A stretch of 64,000 nucleotides of DNA from Promethearchaeota archaeon (GCA_048938855.1 JBHLLT010000006.1:32001-96000); one strand, 5' to 3'. Positions 30,726 through 40,616 are shown, numbered from the stretch's first letter. Notes: generated from the letters alone by a model not told the origin. Program-made: numbers and translations.

Positions 30726-30752
30726 TCTCCTAGAAGACATTCTTCTAGGAGA
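30726..30752. repeat. Perfect inverted repeat, 12-bp arms, 3-nt spacer
   Basis: TCTCCTAGAAGA-CAT-TCTTCTAGGAGA in a ~900-bp intergenic region. Confidence 0.7.
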
Positions 30753-31308
30753 GGATCTTATATCTCTCAATACGAAAATGGAAAAGAAAAAAGAGAGAGA
30801 ATAAACATGTGGATATAAATTCAAACTTGTCAATACTGTAGTGTTTTTATTCATAATGTTAATGATCTATTTGGTTTTTTTATTCAAGATTATAATTTCT
30901 TCTGATTTCTAAGATTTTGACTTTTTAATATCCTTATTTATTAACTCTTTCTTTTTAATACACTTGATTGTTATTGTTTTTTTTAATAGTTTAAATTAGT
31001 TTTAATTATAAATTTCTTTAAAATTAAAACATGAAGATTTTTTATTTAAACCTTATTTGCAGTGTTTTCTTAAAATCTATTTTCCAAAAATTTCAAAATA
31101 TTAGAAAATGACTTATTTTTCTAAAACTTCAAGATATTAGAGAATAAGATCTATAACTTGAATTATCTGCTTATGTCTAAATATATTGACAAATATTATA
31201 TTAAAAAGCTAGAATTTAATTTGTTCAAATGTCAGCCAATAAATCTTAATAAAGTTGATATTAATTATTGAATTAATCTGATTATTAAATATTAAAAAAA
31301 GATCTAAA

Positions 31309-31623
31309 ATGAATCATTATATTTTCCTTGTAACTGTCTCGAATATAGAAGAAGGTAAGAAAATAGCTAAAGTTTTGGTTGAATGTAAACTCGCTGCATG
31401 TGTAAATATTATTCATAATATTTTATCGATATATAGATGGAAGGGAGAAATCGAGGAAAGTGAAGAGCATTTATTACTTATCAAAACTATTGAAAAAAAT
31501 AAGGAGCATATTATAAAGAAAATTAATGAATTCCACAGTTATGAAACACCAGAATGTATTGGATTTAAGATTGATATTGGTTCTGAAAAATATTTAAATT
31601 GGATCGACGAAGTTGTAGAATAA
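31309..31623 (+). CDS. cutA: Divalent cation tolerance protein CutA
   Basis: LAACVNI, SIYRWKG, HSYETPE. Confidence 0.95.
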   Translation: MNHYIFLVTVSNIEEGKKIAKVLVECKLAACVNIIHNILSIYRWKGEIEESEEHLLLIKTIEKNKEHIIKKINEFHSYETPECIGFKIDIGSEKYLNWIDEVVE

Positions 31624-31647
31624 AACTTAATTTGATCTTCTAATATC

Positions 31648-32478
31648 ATGACATTTTTTCAAATAGACTGGATTACTATTGATATTATTATAATATTCCT
31701 ATTACTCCTTCTACTAATTGGTGTAAGAATTATTAAAATTACTCAGAGATGGCGCTATTCTTTTTCAAATGAAGCAATAGAATATACAAAATTTTCACCA
31801 TCACCAGAAAGGAGAAAAAATCAAATTATATTATCAAAAAAATCGAGCTTGACTAGAAATTCAATAATTAAAAATAGTCTCCATAAATCTCCTCTAATTC
31901 TAATCATTAGAACGAAAATCGTTAGCAAACTCTTAAAAATTATTACAGAGGGGTTAATTAGTTATGGTTTTGATGTTATAAATTTAAAAGTTAAACTTAT
32001 CCATAAATCAGAAAACCAGATATTGGAAAATTCTTTTGTTAATGAATGCTTATCCTCAATTTCAGATATATTTGAAAACTTTAAAATGAGCGAGGAACTG
32101 ATTAAATCAAACTATATTATCATAAATTATTCAAAAAAATTAATTAATTATCAGCAAATTTCAACAAATTCAGAAAACAAAGGAATTATTACAATTAACC
32201 CTAAGATAACTAATAAGTTATATTCAGAAATTCGCAAATTCTATAAAACTAATTCTCCAAGTTATAATGTATATACAATATTTAGTAGTAACTCGATATT
32301 ATTCTTTAAAAATAAACATTTAAAGAGATTTTTAAAAAATTATACTCCTCCAAACAATTTTCTTTCAAATTGTATAACGATTGAGAACACCAATAATTCT
32401 TTCAAATATTATGAAACAATCTTATTAGGAATGATCATTGACATTATTGAAAATAAATTACTAAAATCAGAAATATAA
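31648..32478 (+). CDS. Hypothetical protein with N-terminal TM (possibly degenerate alpha/beta hydrolase-like)
   Basis: 276-aa ORF in an operon; N-terminal hydrophobic helix. Confidence 0.6.
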   Translation: MTFFQIDWITIDIIIIFLLLLLLIGVRIIKITQRWRYSFSNEAIEYTKFSPSPERRKNQIILSKKSSLTRNSIIKNSLHKSPLILIIRTKIVSKLLKIITEGLISYGFDVINLKVKLIHKSENQILENSFVNECLSSISDIFENFKMSEELIKSNYIIINYSKKLINYQQISTNSENKGIITINPKITNKLYSEIRKFYKTNSPSYNVYTIFSSNSILFFKNKHLKRFLKNYTPPNNFLSNCITIENTNNSFKYYETILLGMIIDIIENKLLKSEI

Positions 32479-32487
32479 TTTTGGATA

Positions 32488-33195
32488 ATGAAAAAAGAAA
32501 AAATTTTGAGAGATCATTCCGAAAAAATAATATATTCCAAAGAAGATTGGAATCTCTTACAAAAAAAAAGAAAACACGCCATTAAACTATTAGAAATATT
32601 TGTTAAAGAAGGTTTCAACCCATACGTTCACGGAAGCATTGCCCGTGGTGATACACATGAGAGTAGTGATATTGATCTTGTATTTTTTCATCAAGTTCCC
32701 TCTTTTCAAATAGAACTTATTTTAGATAAGAATGGGTATAACAACTATTTTCGAGAAATTATAATGGCTACTCCCTCAGATTCAATTAAACTTTATATAT
32801 ATTTAAGTGAAATTGAGAGTATTACAATTCCTTTATCCAAATTTGAGAGAAAATCTACGGAATTTTATGATTTTGGGGGAAAATTGGATATAAATCAATT
32901 GAAAATGGACATAAGAGTGCCAGGAATTGATAAAAGATTAGTATTAATCAAACCAATCCCCGAAGGACATGAAGAATTTTCCATATTTGGCAATGAGGCT
33001 AATATCGCAAAAGATATAGGAATAAGTATAGATATTATAAATGAAAGGGAAAAAGTACTTCTGAGAAGGGAAAAATTTGGAAAAACTGGAGTTTTTTTAA
33101 AAAGATCTATTCAGATGAATGAAACCATAGAAGAAGTTTTAAAAAAAATGGCAAAAAGAAAATCTATTATCAGAGAAAAATTATTTAAAAAATGA
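32488..33195 (+). CDS. Predicted archaeal nucleotidyltransferase (Pol-beta superfamily)
   Basis: HGSIARGD..SDIDL, EFYDFGG, RVPGIDKRL. Confidence 0.88.
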   Translation: MKKEKILRDHSEKIIYSKEDWNLLQKKRKHAIKLLEIFVKEGFNPYVHGSIARGDTHESSDIDLVFFHQVPSFQIELILDKNGYNNYFREIIMATPSDSIKLYIYLSEIESITIPLSKFERKSTEFYDFGGKLDINQLKMDIRVPGIDKRLVLIKPIPEGHEEFSIFGNEANIAKDIGISIDIINEREKVLLRREKFGKTGVFLKRSIQMNETIEEVLKKMAKRKSIIREKLFKK

Positions 33196-34343
33196 AAGTA
33201 GTAAAATTGGCAAAAACTAGAGGAGAATCTTACTATATTAAAGGAAGAAATATTCCTAAAGGATGTAAGTATTGTCTAAAAGGATCTAAAGTGGTTTTAT
33301 TTTTAAATGGTATATGCCAAAGACCAGAACATTGTTTTTGGTATTGTCCAATATCAGAAGAGAGAAAAGGTAAAGAGATAACATTTGCTGATGAAATTGA
33401 AATCCAAAGTAAAGAGGAATTACTCAAAGAAATTGAAAAAATAAGTGCCCAGGGTATGAGTATCACAGGGGGAGAACCACTTTCAGAATTAAACCTCGAG
33501 AAAACGATTGAGTATATTGAATATGTTAAAAAAGAGAAAGGAAAAAAGTTTCACGTCCACTTGTATACAAACGGTATCAATTTTAATGAAAATATTGCCA
33601 ATAGACTTTCTGTTGCGGGATTGGATGAAATAAGATTTCATCCTGCGGAAAAACATTGGAAAAACATTAATTGGGCCTTAAAAAAAAATATTAGCGTAGG
33701 CGCTGAAGTTCCAGTAATTCCAGGAAATGAATATAGGAGAAATCTTGAGGAATTTGTTTATTATTTGGACAACATTGGTGTTGACTTTATCAATTTAAAT
33801 GAGTTTGAATATTGCTTTCCTAACAGTCAATTTCTTAAAGAACGAGGTTTCAAATTAAAAAAAAATTCAATAGCTGCTGTTATCAATAGTCAAGAATCAG
33901 CTCTTAGTATAATCCGTAAAATAGGAATCAAGGTCAATATACAAATGCATTTCTGTCCAATAAGAGCCAAAGATTATCATCAATTAAAGAATAGATATAT
34001 TCGGAGAGCTAAGAATATTAGATTACCTTTTGAAGTAATCACTGACGAAGGACTCTTATTATATGCTCAAATTGAAGGAGAAAAAAAAGATCTGGATAAG
34101 TTTTATGAAAGTGTGGTATTCAACCTAAAAATTAATGAAAATCAACTCAGCAGAGAAGAAGATCATATTAAAATGCCCTTCTATATCTCAATTGAAGATC
34201 GAATCGTGGCGTTAATAAAGCAGTATAAATTAAAAGGTTTTATAATTGAAGCTACTCCTTTTAGACGTTTAAAATATAGGCAAATTACAGAAAAAACTCC
34301 CTTAGAAGTATTTAAGAATGAATATGGATTTAATAGAAATTAA
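33192..34343 (+). CDS. Radical SAM protein (archaeal PFL-activase-like family)
   Basis: PKGCKYC, Cys cluster, SITGGEP, HLYTNG, LDEIRFHP. Confidence 0.88.
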   Translation: MKVVKLAKTRGESYYIKGRNIPKGCKYCLKGSKVVLFLNGICQRPEHCFWYCPISEERKGKEITFADEIEIQSKEELLKEIEKISAQGMSITGGEPLSELNLEKTIEYIEYVKKEKGKKFHVHLYTNGINFNENIANRLSVAGLDEIRFHPAEKHWKNINWALKKNISVGAEVPVIPGNEYRRNLEEFVYYLDNIGVDFINLNEFEYCFPNSQFLKERGFKLKKNSIAAVINSQESALSIIRKIGIKVNIQMHFCPIRAKDYHQLKNRYIRRAKNIRLPFEVITDEGLLLYAQIEGEKKDLDKFYESVVFNLKINENQLSREEDHIKMPFYISIEDRIVALIKQYKLKGFIIEATPFRRLKYRQITEKTPLEVFKNEYGFNRN

Positions 34344-34785
34344 AAACGTAAAATCAAAAGATTTAAAGCAAATCGTAAATCTAGAAAAAGAAATTTTTAA
34401 AAAGAATGCATTTTCTAAAGATTTATTAAAAAAGTTGATAAAAGATAATACACTCTTTTTAAAATTAGAAACTGGAAGAGTAATAAAAAAAATAATTGGT
34501 TTTTTAATAGCTATAAGAGATGAAAGAGAAAGAATAAATATAATTAATTTTCTTATTAAAATTAAATTTCAAAATAGAGGGTATGGTTCATATCTTCTTC
34601 AAAAAGCTATTAGTGAAATAAGAAAAATGAAGGGAATTAAAAAAATCGTACTTAATGTTCAAATAAGTAATTTAGTGGCAATTAATTTATATGAAAAATT
34701 TAAATTCAAAAAAAACCCAGATATTCTTGAGCATTACTATCAATCAGGTGAAAATGCCTACTTAATGGAATTAGAAATTGACTAA
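34318..34785 (+). CDS. GNAT N-acetyltransferase, RimI/Ard1-like
   Basis: FQNRGYGSYLL, LNVQISNLVAINLYEKF, YYQSGENAYLM. Confidence 0.88.
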   Translation: MNMDLIEIKNVKSKDLKQIVNLEKEIFKKNAFSKDLLKKLIKDNTLFLKLETGRVIKKIIGFLIAIRDERERINIINFLIKIKFQNRGYGSYLLQKAISEIRKMKGIKKIVLNVQISNLVAINLYEKFKFKKNPDILEHYYQSGENAYLMELEID

Positions 34786-34876
34786 AACTAAAACTTATAA
34801 ATAAATTCTATTATATTTTTTGTAAAAATCAATTTAATTATTATCTAGATTTTAAATGAAAAGGTGTTAAATAAAA

Positions 34877-35029
34877 ATGGCTCCAGTAGATAAAGAACTA
34901 CAAGAAGAAATTAAAAAAGGGGTTACACTTCAAAAAGTCGATGAAGCAGAGTTAAAAAGAAGAGAAGAAGAAAAAAAGAAACGCATGGAAGAGTTAGAAA
35001 AAGTTAAACAAGCTTTAGGCGAAAAATAA
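34877..35029 (+). CDS. 50-aa WH2-like small protein (absent from the ORF track)
   Basis: MAPVDKELQEEIKKGVTLQKVDEAELKRREEEKKKRMEELEKVKQALGEK; AGGTG Shine-Dalgarno-like element upstream, T-rich tract downstream. Confidence 0.75.
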   Translation: MAPVDKELQEEIKKGVTLQKVDEAELKRREEEKKKRMEELEKVKQALGEK

Positions 35030-35180
35030 TAGTTCTTCTAAGTTAATTGAGTGAGTTTTTATCTTTTTTATTTATTTTATTTTTCTTTGAAACATTATTC
35101 AAACTAATTTGAATTAAGCTTTTCTTAAATTTTGAATTATTTATTAATAAATATCATTTTTCAATGAGTAAGTTTTAGAA

Positions 35181-36254
35181 TTGAAAATTCTCAATATAGA
35201 TCGAAAACGTGGAGAAATAACAGTTAAGACCGAAAGCCTCAATGATTTGTGGTCTTTGTATAATATCATCAATAAAGATGATGAAGTATCTTCCTTAACT
35301 CAAAGAAGAGTTGTTCTTAAAGAAGGAACTTCAGGAGAGCGAAAATTGATGAAACTAAGACTTAAAGTTGAATCTGTATCTTTCCATGAATTTTCAAACA
35401 GATTAAGAATAAAAGGTAAAATTTTAGAAGGTCCAGAGGATTACGTTAGCTTTGGGGCGTATCATACATTTAATATTGAAGTTTCTCAAAAATTAACTAT
35501 AATAAAAGAAAAATGGTTGAATAATGAATTTAATAGGCTTAAAGAAAGCTCAAAATTCGACTCAAACTTTATTACTTTAATAATCGCAATTGAAACGGGG
35601 TTAGCAACAATGGCTATTATCACAAATTTCAGTCATAATCGGATCTCTACCATTAGAAAAAATATACCTGGTAAAAGGTATAAGCAAACTTATAGAAATG
35701 TTGCATTACAAGAATTTTATACTGATATTCAGAAGATTGTAATAGAAAATATAAAAAATACAGAGATTAATCTTATTGTTGTATGTGGACCTGGAAACAT
35801 TAAAGACAATTTTATAAAATTCCTTAAAAATAACCCTGCTTTTGATTTTAAAGGCAACATTGAGACATGTCATGCAAGTTCAGGAACAGAAAGTGCAATT
35901 AAAGAAACTTTAAAATCAAATAAATTAGCAAAATTTAGGGATAGAATTAAAATTTTAGAGGAAGCTGAAAAAATAGAAAACGTTATGACACAATTTGCCA
36001 CTGATCCTGATCTTATCGTTATAGGTTTTGATGAGGTAACTTCTGCTTCTGAAAAAGGAGCCATTAAAGAGTTATTAATAGCAGATATATTAATCAGAGG
36101 ATCCTCTAAAGAAAAAAAGTTAATTATCGAGGAAATTATCACAAACGTGGAAAAAGCGGGTGGAAAAATTCTTATCATGAGTACAGAAAACTTGACTGGA
36201 GAACAACTAGTTGATCTTGGTTCAATATTAGGAATTTTAAGATATAAAATTTAA
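35181..36254 (+). CDS. pelA: mRNA surveillance protein pelota
   Basis: DLWSLYNII, RLRIKGKI, YHTFNIE, IPGKRY, GPG, LGSILGILRY. Confidence 0.95.
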   Translation: MKILNIDRKRGEITVKTESLNDLWSLYNIINKDDEVSSLTQRRVVLKEGTSGERKLMKLRLKVESVSFHEFSNRLRIKGKILEGPEDYVSFGAYHTFNIEVSQKLTIIKEKWLNNEFNRLKESSKFDSNFITLIIAIETGLATMAIITNFSHNRISTIRKNIPGKRYKQTYRNVALQEFYTDIQKIVIENIKNTEINLIVVCGPGNIKDNFIKFLKNNPAFDFKGNIETCHASSGTESAIKETLKSNKLAKFRDRIKILEEAEKIENVMTQFATDPDLIVIGFDEVTSASEKGAIKELLIADILIRGSSKEKKLIIEEIITNVEKAGGKILIMSTENLTGEQLVDLGSILGILRYKI

Positions 36255-36262
36255 AAACTAAA

Positions 36263-37297
36263 ATGACTAATAAAATAATTTATGTAGACGAAAAATCAGA
36301 AATTCCCCTATATGGCATAGATTTTCTTGGTATTATTGATAGAGGGACTAATGTCATTGAAATTAAACCTCTAACCTTATGCAACTTGAAATGTAAGTAT
36401 TGTTTTGTAAGTGCTGGAGATTATAATACAAATTTCATAGTTGATTCAAACTATTTAATTAAAAAAATAGAAGAAATTGTTAATAGTAAAGGGAACTATA
36501 AAATTGAAATACATTTTGCTCCATATGGAGAAATACTACTTTACCCAAATCTATTCAAATTAATTAAAGAAATTTGGAAAATAAACGGAATTGATACAAT
36601 ATCATTACAATCAAATGGCTTATTACTTAATGAAGACGTTATTAAAAAGTTAGAAGATTCTAACGTAACAAGAATAAATATCAGTTTAAATTCACTAAAC
36701 TCAGAAAAAGTTAACTATTTGTGCAATACTGCTAACTATGATTTAAATAGCTTGCTGAAGAACATCTCCCGCTTATTGGATGGCAAAATTAATGTACTTC
36801 TAGCCCCAGTTTGGTTTCCTGGGGAAAATGACAAAGATATTGAAGATATAATTAAATATGTTAAAGCACTAAGGGAAGAAGGTTATTCTGAGAAGAATAT
36901 TCAAATAGGCATCCAAAAATATTTGATTTATAAAACTGGGAGAAAATTGAAGAAAATTAGGCCAAAGACATGGGGTTATTTTTATAAGCAATTAGCATTT
37001 CTGGAAAATAAATATAACCTCAAATTGAAATTAGGTCCTATTGATTTCGGAATCCACAAAAGGAAAACTGTTGCGTCCTTGAATGTTCAAAAGAATGATT
37101 TAATAAGATTAAGAGTTATTTCTAAAGGACGATGGGAACGTGAATATATAGGGAAAATTGATAATGATTTTGGAATAAAGCTACTTTTAAACAAATCTAT
37201 TATCCCATCAGAAAAAATAATTGGAAAGGAAATTCAAGCAAAAATCATAAAAGCTAATTACAAGGATAATATTTTAACAGCATCCTTTTCAATATAA
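36263..37297 (+). CDS. Radical SAM protein with a C-terminal TRAM-like domain
   Basis: IPLYG..GIIDRGTNVIEIKP..CNLKCKYC. Confidence 0.88.
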   Translation: MTNKIIYVDEKSEIPLYGIDFLGIIDRGTNVIEIKPLTLCNLKCKYCFVSAGDYNTNFIVDSNYLIKKIEEIVNSKGNYKIEIHFAPYGEILLYPNLFKLIKEIWKINGIDTISLQSNGLLLNEDVIKKLEDSNVTRINISLNSLNSEKVNYLCNTANYDLNSLLKNISRLLDGKINVLLAPVWFPGENDKDIEDIIKYVKALREEGYSEKNIQIGIQKYLIYKTGRKLKKIRPKTWGYFYKQLAFLENKYNLKLKLGPIDFGIHKRKTVASLNVQKNDLIRLRVISKGRWEREYIGKIDNDFGIKLLLNKSIIPSEKIIGKEIQAKIIKANYKDNILTASFSI

Positions 37298-37385
37298 ACT
37301 TAAATATTAATAATATTATATTATTCAAAATAACTAAAACATATACTAAAATTTATTAAATACTTAAATTATAAATATAAAGGGA

Positions 37386-38015
37386 ATGAAAATGAGTCCT
37401 ATAATAACGCATCAAGACGAGCTAGAGCTCGCCAAGAGTGAAAAGGAGCTTGTGTCCCAATTTAAGAAACTTGCAAAAGCTCAGCAAAATCTTATAAATT
37501 CTCAGATAAAATATGCAGAAAATATTGCTAATGCGAATAATATCCGAGAAATGCTAAACCGTACCTTTAGGGATGTACTAAAACAAATGCAAACTCTTGC
37601 CCGAGAACATAGGTCAAATATTAAAGATGAAGAAGTAAACTTATATAAAGATATAATTTCAAAAAATGACGGATATATTAAAGCAAATAACATTTACTTG
37701 AATGCAATAAAAGATCTTGCTGTACAAAAAGAGTATCTAGTAAAAAAAAAAGAAGAATTTGTAGATTCTTTAGCAGAACTCGCGAATAAAAGATCAATAG
37801 TAATAAAGAAAGCATTAGATGCTGAAAAAGCGAAAAACAAATTAATAGATGGTGATAAATTAAATATCCTCGACCAACAACTAAATGATGTCCAAAGAGA
37901 TTTTGATAGAGCTCGAGATATATTCATAAAAAAAATATATCAGTTTACTGAGGTAAGAGATGAAATTAATAAGCTCTGGATTAAATTAAAAGACACGATT
38001 ACTGAATTGAGTTAG
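37386..38015 (+). CDS. All-helical coiled-coil protein (BAR-like size and pattern)
   Basis: 209 aa, continuous heptads in about three long helices, almost no Pro/Gly. Confidence 0.6.
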   Translation: MKMSPIITHQDELELAKSEKELVSQFKKLAKAQQNLINSQIKYAENIANANNIREMLNRTFRDVLKQMQTLAREHRSNIKDEEVNLYKDIISKNDGYIKANNIYLNAIKDLAVQKEYLVKKKEEFVDSLAELANKRSIVIKKALDAEKAKNKLIDGDKLNILDQQLNDVQRDFDRARDIFIKKIYQFTEVRDEINKLWIKLKDTITELS

Positions 38016-38142
38016 ATCTAAATTTAATTTTCTTTTAAATATTTTTTTTAAAAAATTAATTGAGCTTTAACTTAAATTTATTAAATTAAAATCTATTAAA
38101 TTACTAGATAATATTAAAAATTACCAGACTTAAAGAGTTAAT

Positions 38143-38583
38143 ATGTGTGCAGAAGAATTTGCAAGCTTCTTAGATAGTACTCGAAAAGCGCCATTGGAAG
38201 AAAAGTTAAATGCTTTTGGTGATATTATTGAAAAAATAATGTCTATCGTTCTACGTATCCCTGATTTAGTAGATCAATCTTTAGGCTCAGTAAATGAGAA
38301 AGTATCAAATTTACAAAACCAAATTAATGCTCTTAACAATCAATTATCATCAACGAGACCAGGAGGTGCTCCAGCAGCAGCAACAGCTCCGGTAGCAGCA
38401 CGCACACCTGGAGGTCCATCTGGAGGTCCACCTGGAGGTCCGCCCCCACCCCCACCAGCTGGTCCACCTGGAGGTCCTGGTTCTGGTCCTGGTCCTAGTC
38501 GACCTGCAAGTCCCGTTTCACTTAGAGGAGCAATTATGGGAGAATTAAAACAGCTCTTCGCCAAGCGCCAACAAGGTTCATAA
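38143..38583 (+). CDS. Coiled-coil + proline/glycine-rich + C-terminal amphipathic helix protein (WAVE/WASH/VASP-like architecture)
   Basis: GGPPPPPPAGPPGGP tract; C-terminal RGAIMGELKQLFAKRQQGS. Confidence 0.7.
   Translation: MCAEEFASFLDSTRKAPLEEKLNAFGDIIEKIMSIVLRIPDLVDQSLGSVNEKVSNLQNQINALNNQLSSTRPGGAPAAATAPVAARTPGGPSGGPPGGPPPPPPAGPPGGPGSGPGPSRPASPVSLRGAIMGELKQLFAKRQQGS
38407..38496 (+). repeat. GC-rich coding repeat (CCTGGAGGTCC units encoding PGGP)
   Basis: Several near-identical ctggaggtcc units inside the Pro-rich ORF. Confidence 0.7.
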
Positions 38584-38738
38584 ACTGTTAGATAGCAAAA
38601 TAGTTTATAAACTGAAATTTTCTTTTTTCTGTCAATGTTGCTAAATTTAAAAGAGATTTTTTTTAATCTATTAACTAAAATTACAAGAAGAATTTCAAAA
38701 TTAAATTTTTAAGAAGAATTAGTACTATGCTTAGTATC

Positions 38739-39317
38739 TTAGAATTCTAAAAACCCAGGATCATCAAATATATCTTCAATTTTCCTTTCTTTCTTAATCT
38801 TCGTATCACTCTCAGCAAATAAAGATTCTTCATCAGTTCGAACTCCTCGTTCTAATTCTTCAGTATCTAATTTTAAAAGCGCATCTTTTTCAAGCTGTTT
38901 ATATTTTTCCGCTCGTATTTTCCAGTTATCGATTTCTTCTAAATTGACGTCATCTTCTTCTAACAAGATTGCTGCTTTAGATCTACATAAATCTGATAAA
39001 ATAGAATATGATAAAGCAAGTTCCCCCCATTCATTATCCTCTTTTAATCTAACAATTCGGCGTTCTAATCTTTGTAGCTCTTGATCAGCATAGTATATAT
39101 CAATGAAATCTCCAAAAGCATCGACTGGCTCAGAGATTGAATTTACTAAAACTTCCTTCGTAAGACCACAATTTCCACATTTTACCGTTGCGAAGGCACC
39201 TTTCTTTTTGAGATCAGTGACTTTAACACTTTTTTCACCACACTCCGGGCATGTAAAAATTTTTGGGACTCTCTTTACTCGTTTTGGGCTTACTTGTTTA
39301 CGTTTTCTTCTTCCCAT
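38739..39317 (-). CDS. elf1: Transcription elongation factor Elf1 with a long C-terminal extension
   Basis: MGRRKRK...FTCPECG...CGNCG...EPVDAFGDFID Elf1 signature, followed by ~115 extra residues. Confidence 0.88.
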   Translation of the reverse strand: MGRRKRKQVSPKRVKRVPKIFTCPECGEKSVKVTDLKKKGAFATVKCGNCGLTKEVLVNSISEPVDAFGDFIDIYYADQELQRLERRIVRLKEDNEWGELALSYSILSDLCRSKAAILLEEDDVNLEEIDNWKIRAEKYKQLEKDALLKLDTEELERGVRTDEESLFAESDTKIKKERKIEDIFDDPGFLEF

Positions 39318-39515
39318 TGATATCACACCATATTAAGATGAAAATAGATCCTTTTTCAATTAGAATAAAGAAAGCGGAAACTAAAATATTTTTGCTTTTA
39401 TGTGAAAAACTATAAGGGATTTTAGTAAAATTTTTTAGGAATGATTAATTTACTTAATTACTCTTTTTCACTGAATTACTTGTACTATTTAAAAAAAAAT
39501 TAGTGGATTTTAGGT

Positions 39516-40616
39516 ATGGAACATAATAATTTGACTTTAGAGTATGATAAAAACTTAATAAATAGCGTTCTAGATAACTTGGATATGAGATACGTAATTC
39601 TTTTCCTATATGTCATAAGGAATGATTTATTTAAAGACTTAAACGACAAAAACATAATTGAGTCTTATGAAAGAGTGCTTATATTGGATGATATATACAA
39701 AAGTAATATTACAAAATTTTGGAATGAAGAATTTATAGAAATATATATAGATCTAGGATTGATAAAAAATATTCGAAGTTTGAGAGAATTTGAACAAAAA
39801 GAGGATGATTTTATAGTAAAAGTAGGAGAAGAAACAATCACTATTGAAAATGATACAATTTCAGTTCCAGATGATACTTTGTTTTTAATAATAAACAAGA
39901 AATTTAAATTTTTAAATAGAAGGAATTTTAATTTAGCCCTCACCAAGCTGAAAGGAGTAAGATGCGAAAAAAGCAATGTAATTCATTCATTGATTCTTGA
40001 AATCGGTGAACATGATTATACTTTACCTGATGATTTTTATTATATCTTAGACCAGTATGGAAATATTTATCAATCAATTAAAATTGAAATTACTATTGAG
40101 GGGTTTTTTCAAAGATTCAAAGAAACTCAAGAAAAAATCAATGGATTTGTAAAAATTTTTGATCCAGTATTAAATAATAAATTAATAATAAAAAAAATCA
40201 ATAAAGCAATTGAAGAAAATAAAGATATTATACAATACCTTAAAGATGAGAAGGTAGATCTTTCTGATAAATTTAATACTGACAAGATTGATACAACTGC
40301 TGATGTGTTTAAGGAATGGAATTCAAAATTACTATCATTATTATCATTTAGAAATCAACTTGAAAATATTGAAGAAAAATTGATGGATTTAAAAAATATT
40401 TATTCTGGCAAAGAAAAAAAATACGGTTATTTAGAATTTATTGAGAGGATTTCTTTCAATGAAGAAGGAATTATAGATGATATTCAAAACTCATTGATTG
40501 AATTAAGAAAGCAATTGATTATGATTAATGAAAATGTCAATAGCTACACAGAAAAAGAGCTAAAATTATTAAATTTGGATTATGAAAGATTAATAATAAT
40601 GAGTAGTGATGAATAA
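39516..40616 (+). CDS. Hypothetical protein (possible N-terminal wHTH, C-terminal coiled coil); first gene of an 8-gene operon
   Basis: 366-aa ORF; 2-nt gap to the next gene. Confidence 0.7.
   Translation: MEHNNLTLEYDKNLINSVLDNLDMRYVILFLYVIRNDLFKDLNDKNIIESYERVLILDDIYKSNITKFWNEEFIEIYIDLGLIKNIRSLREFEQKEDDFIVKVGEETITIENDTISVPDDTLFLIINKKFKFLNRRNFNLALTKLKGVRCEKSNVIHSLILEIGEHDYTLPDDFYYILDQYGNIYQSIKIEITIEGFFQRFKETQEKINGFVKIFDPVLNNKLIIKKINKAIEENKDIIQYLKDEKVDLSDKFNTDKIDTTADVFKEWNSKLLSLLSFRNQLENIEEKLMDLKNIYSGKEKKYGYLEFIERISFNEEGIIDDIQNSLIELRKQLIMINENVNSYTEKELKLLNLDYERLIIMSSDE

Noticed and set aside
31160-31181. TTATGTCTAAA resembling a dif (Xer) half-site
   Set aside because: No matching inverted left arm at 6-bp spacing.
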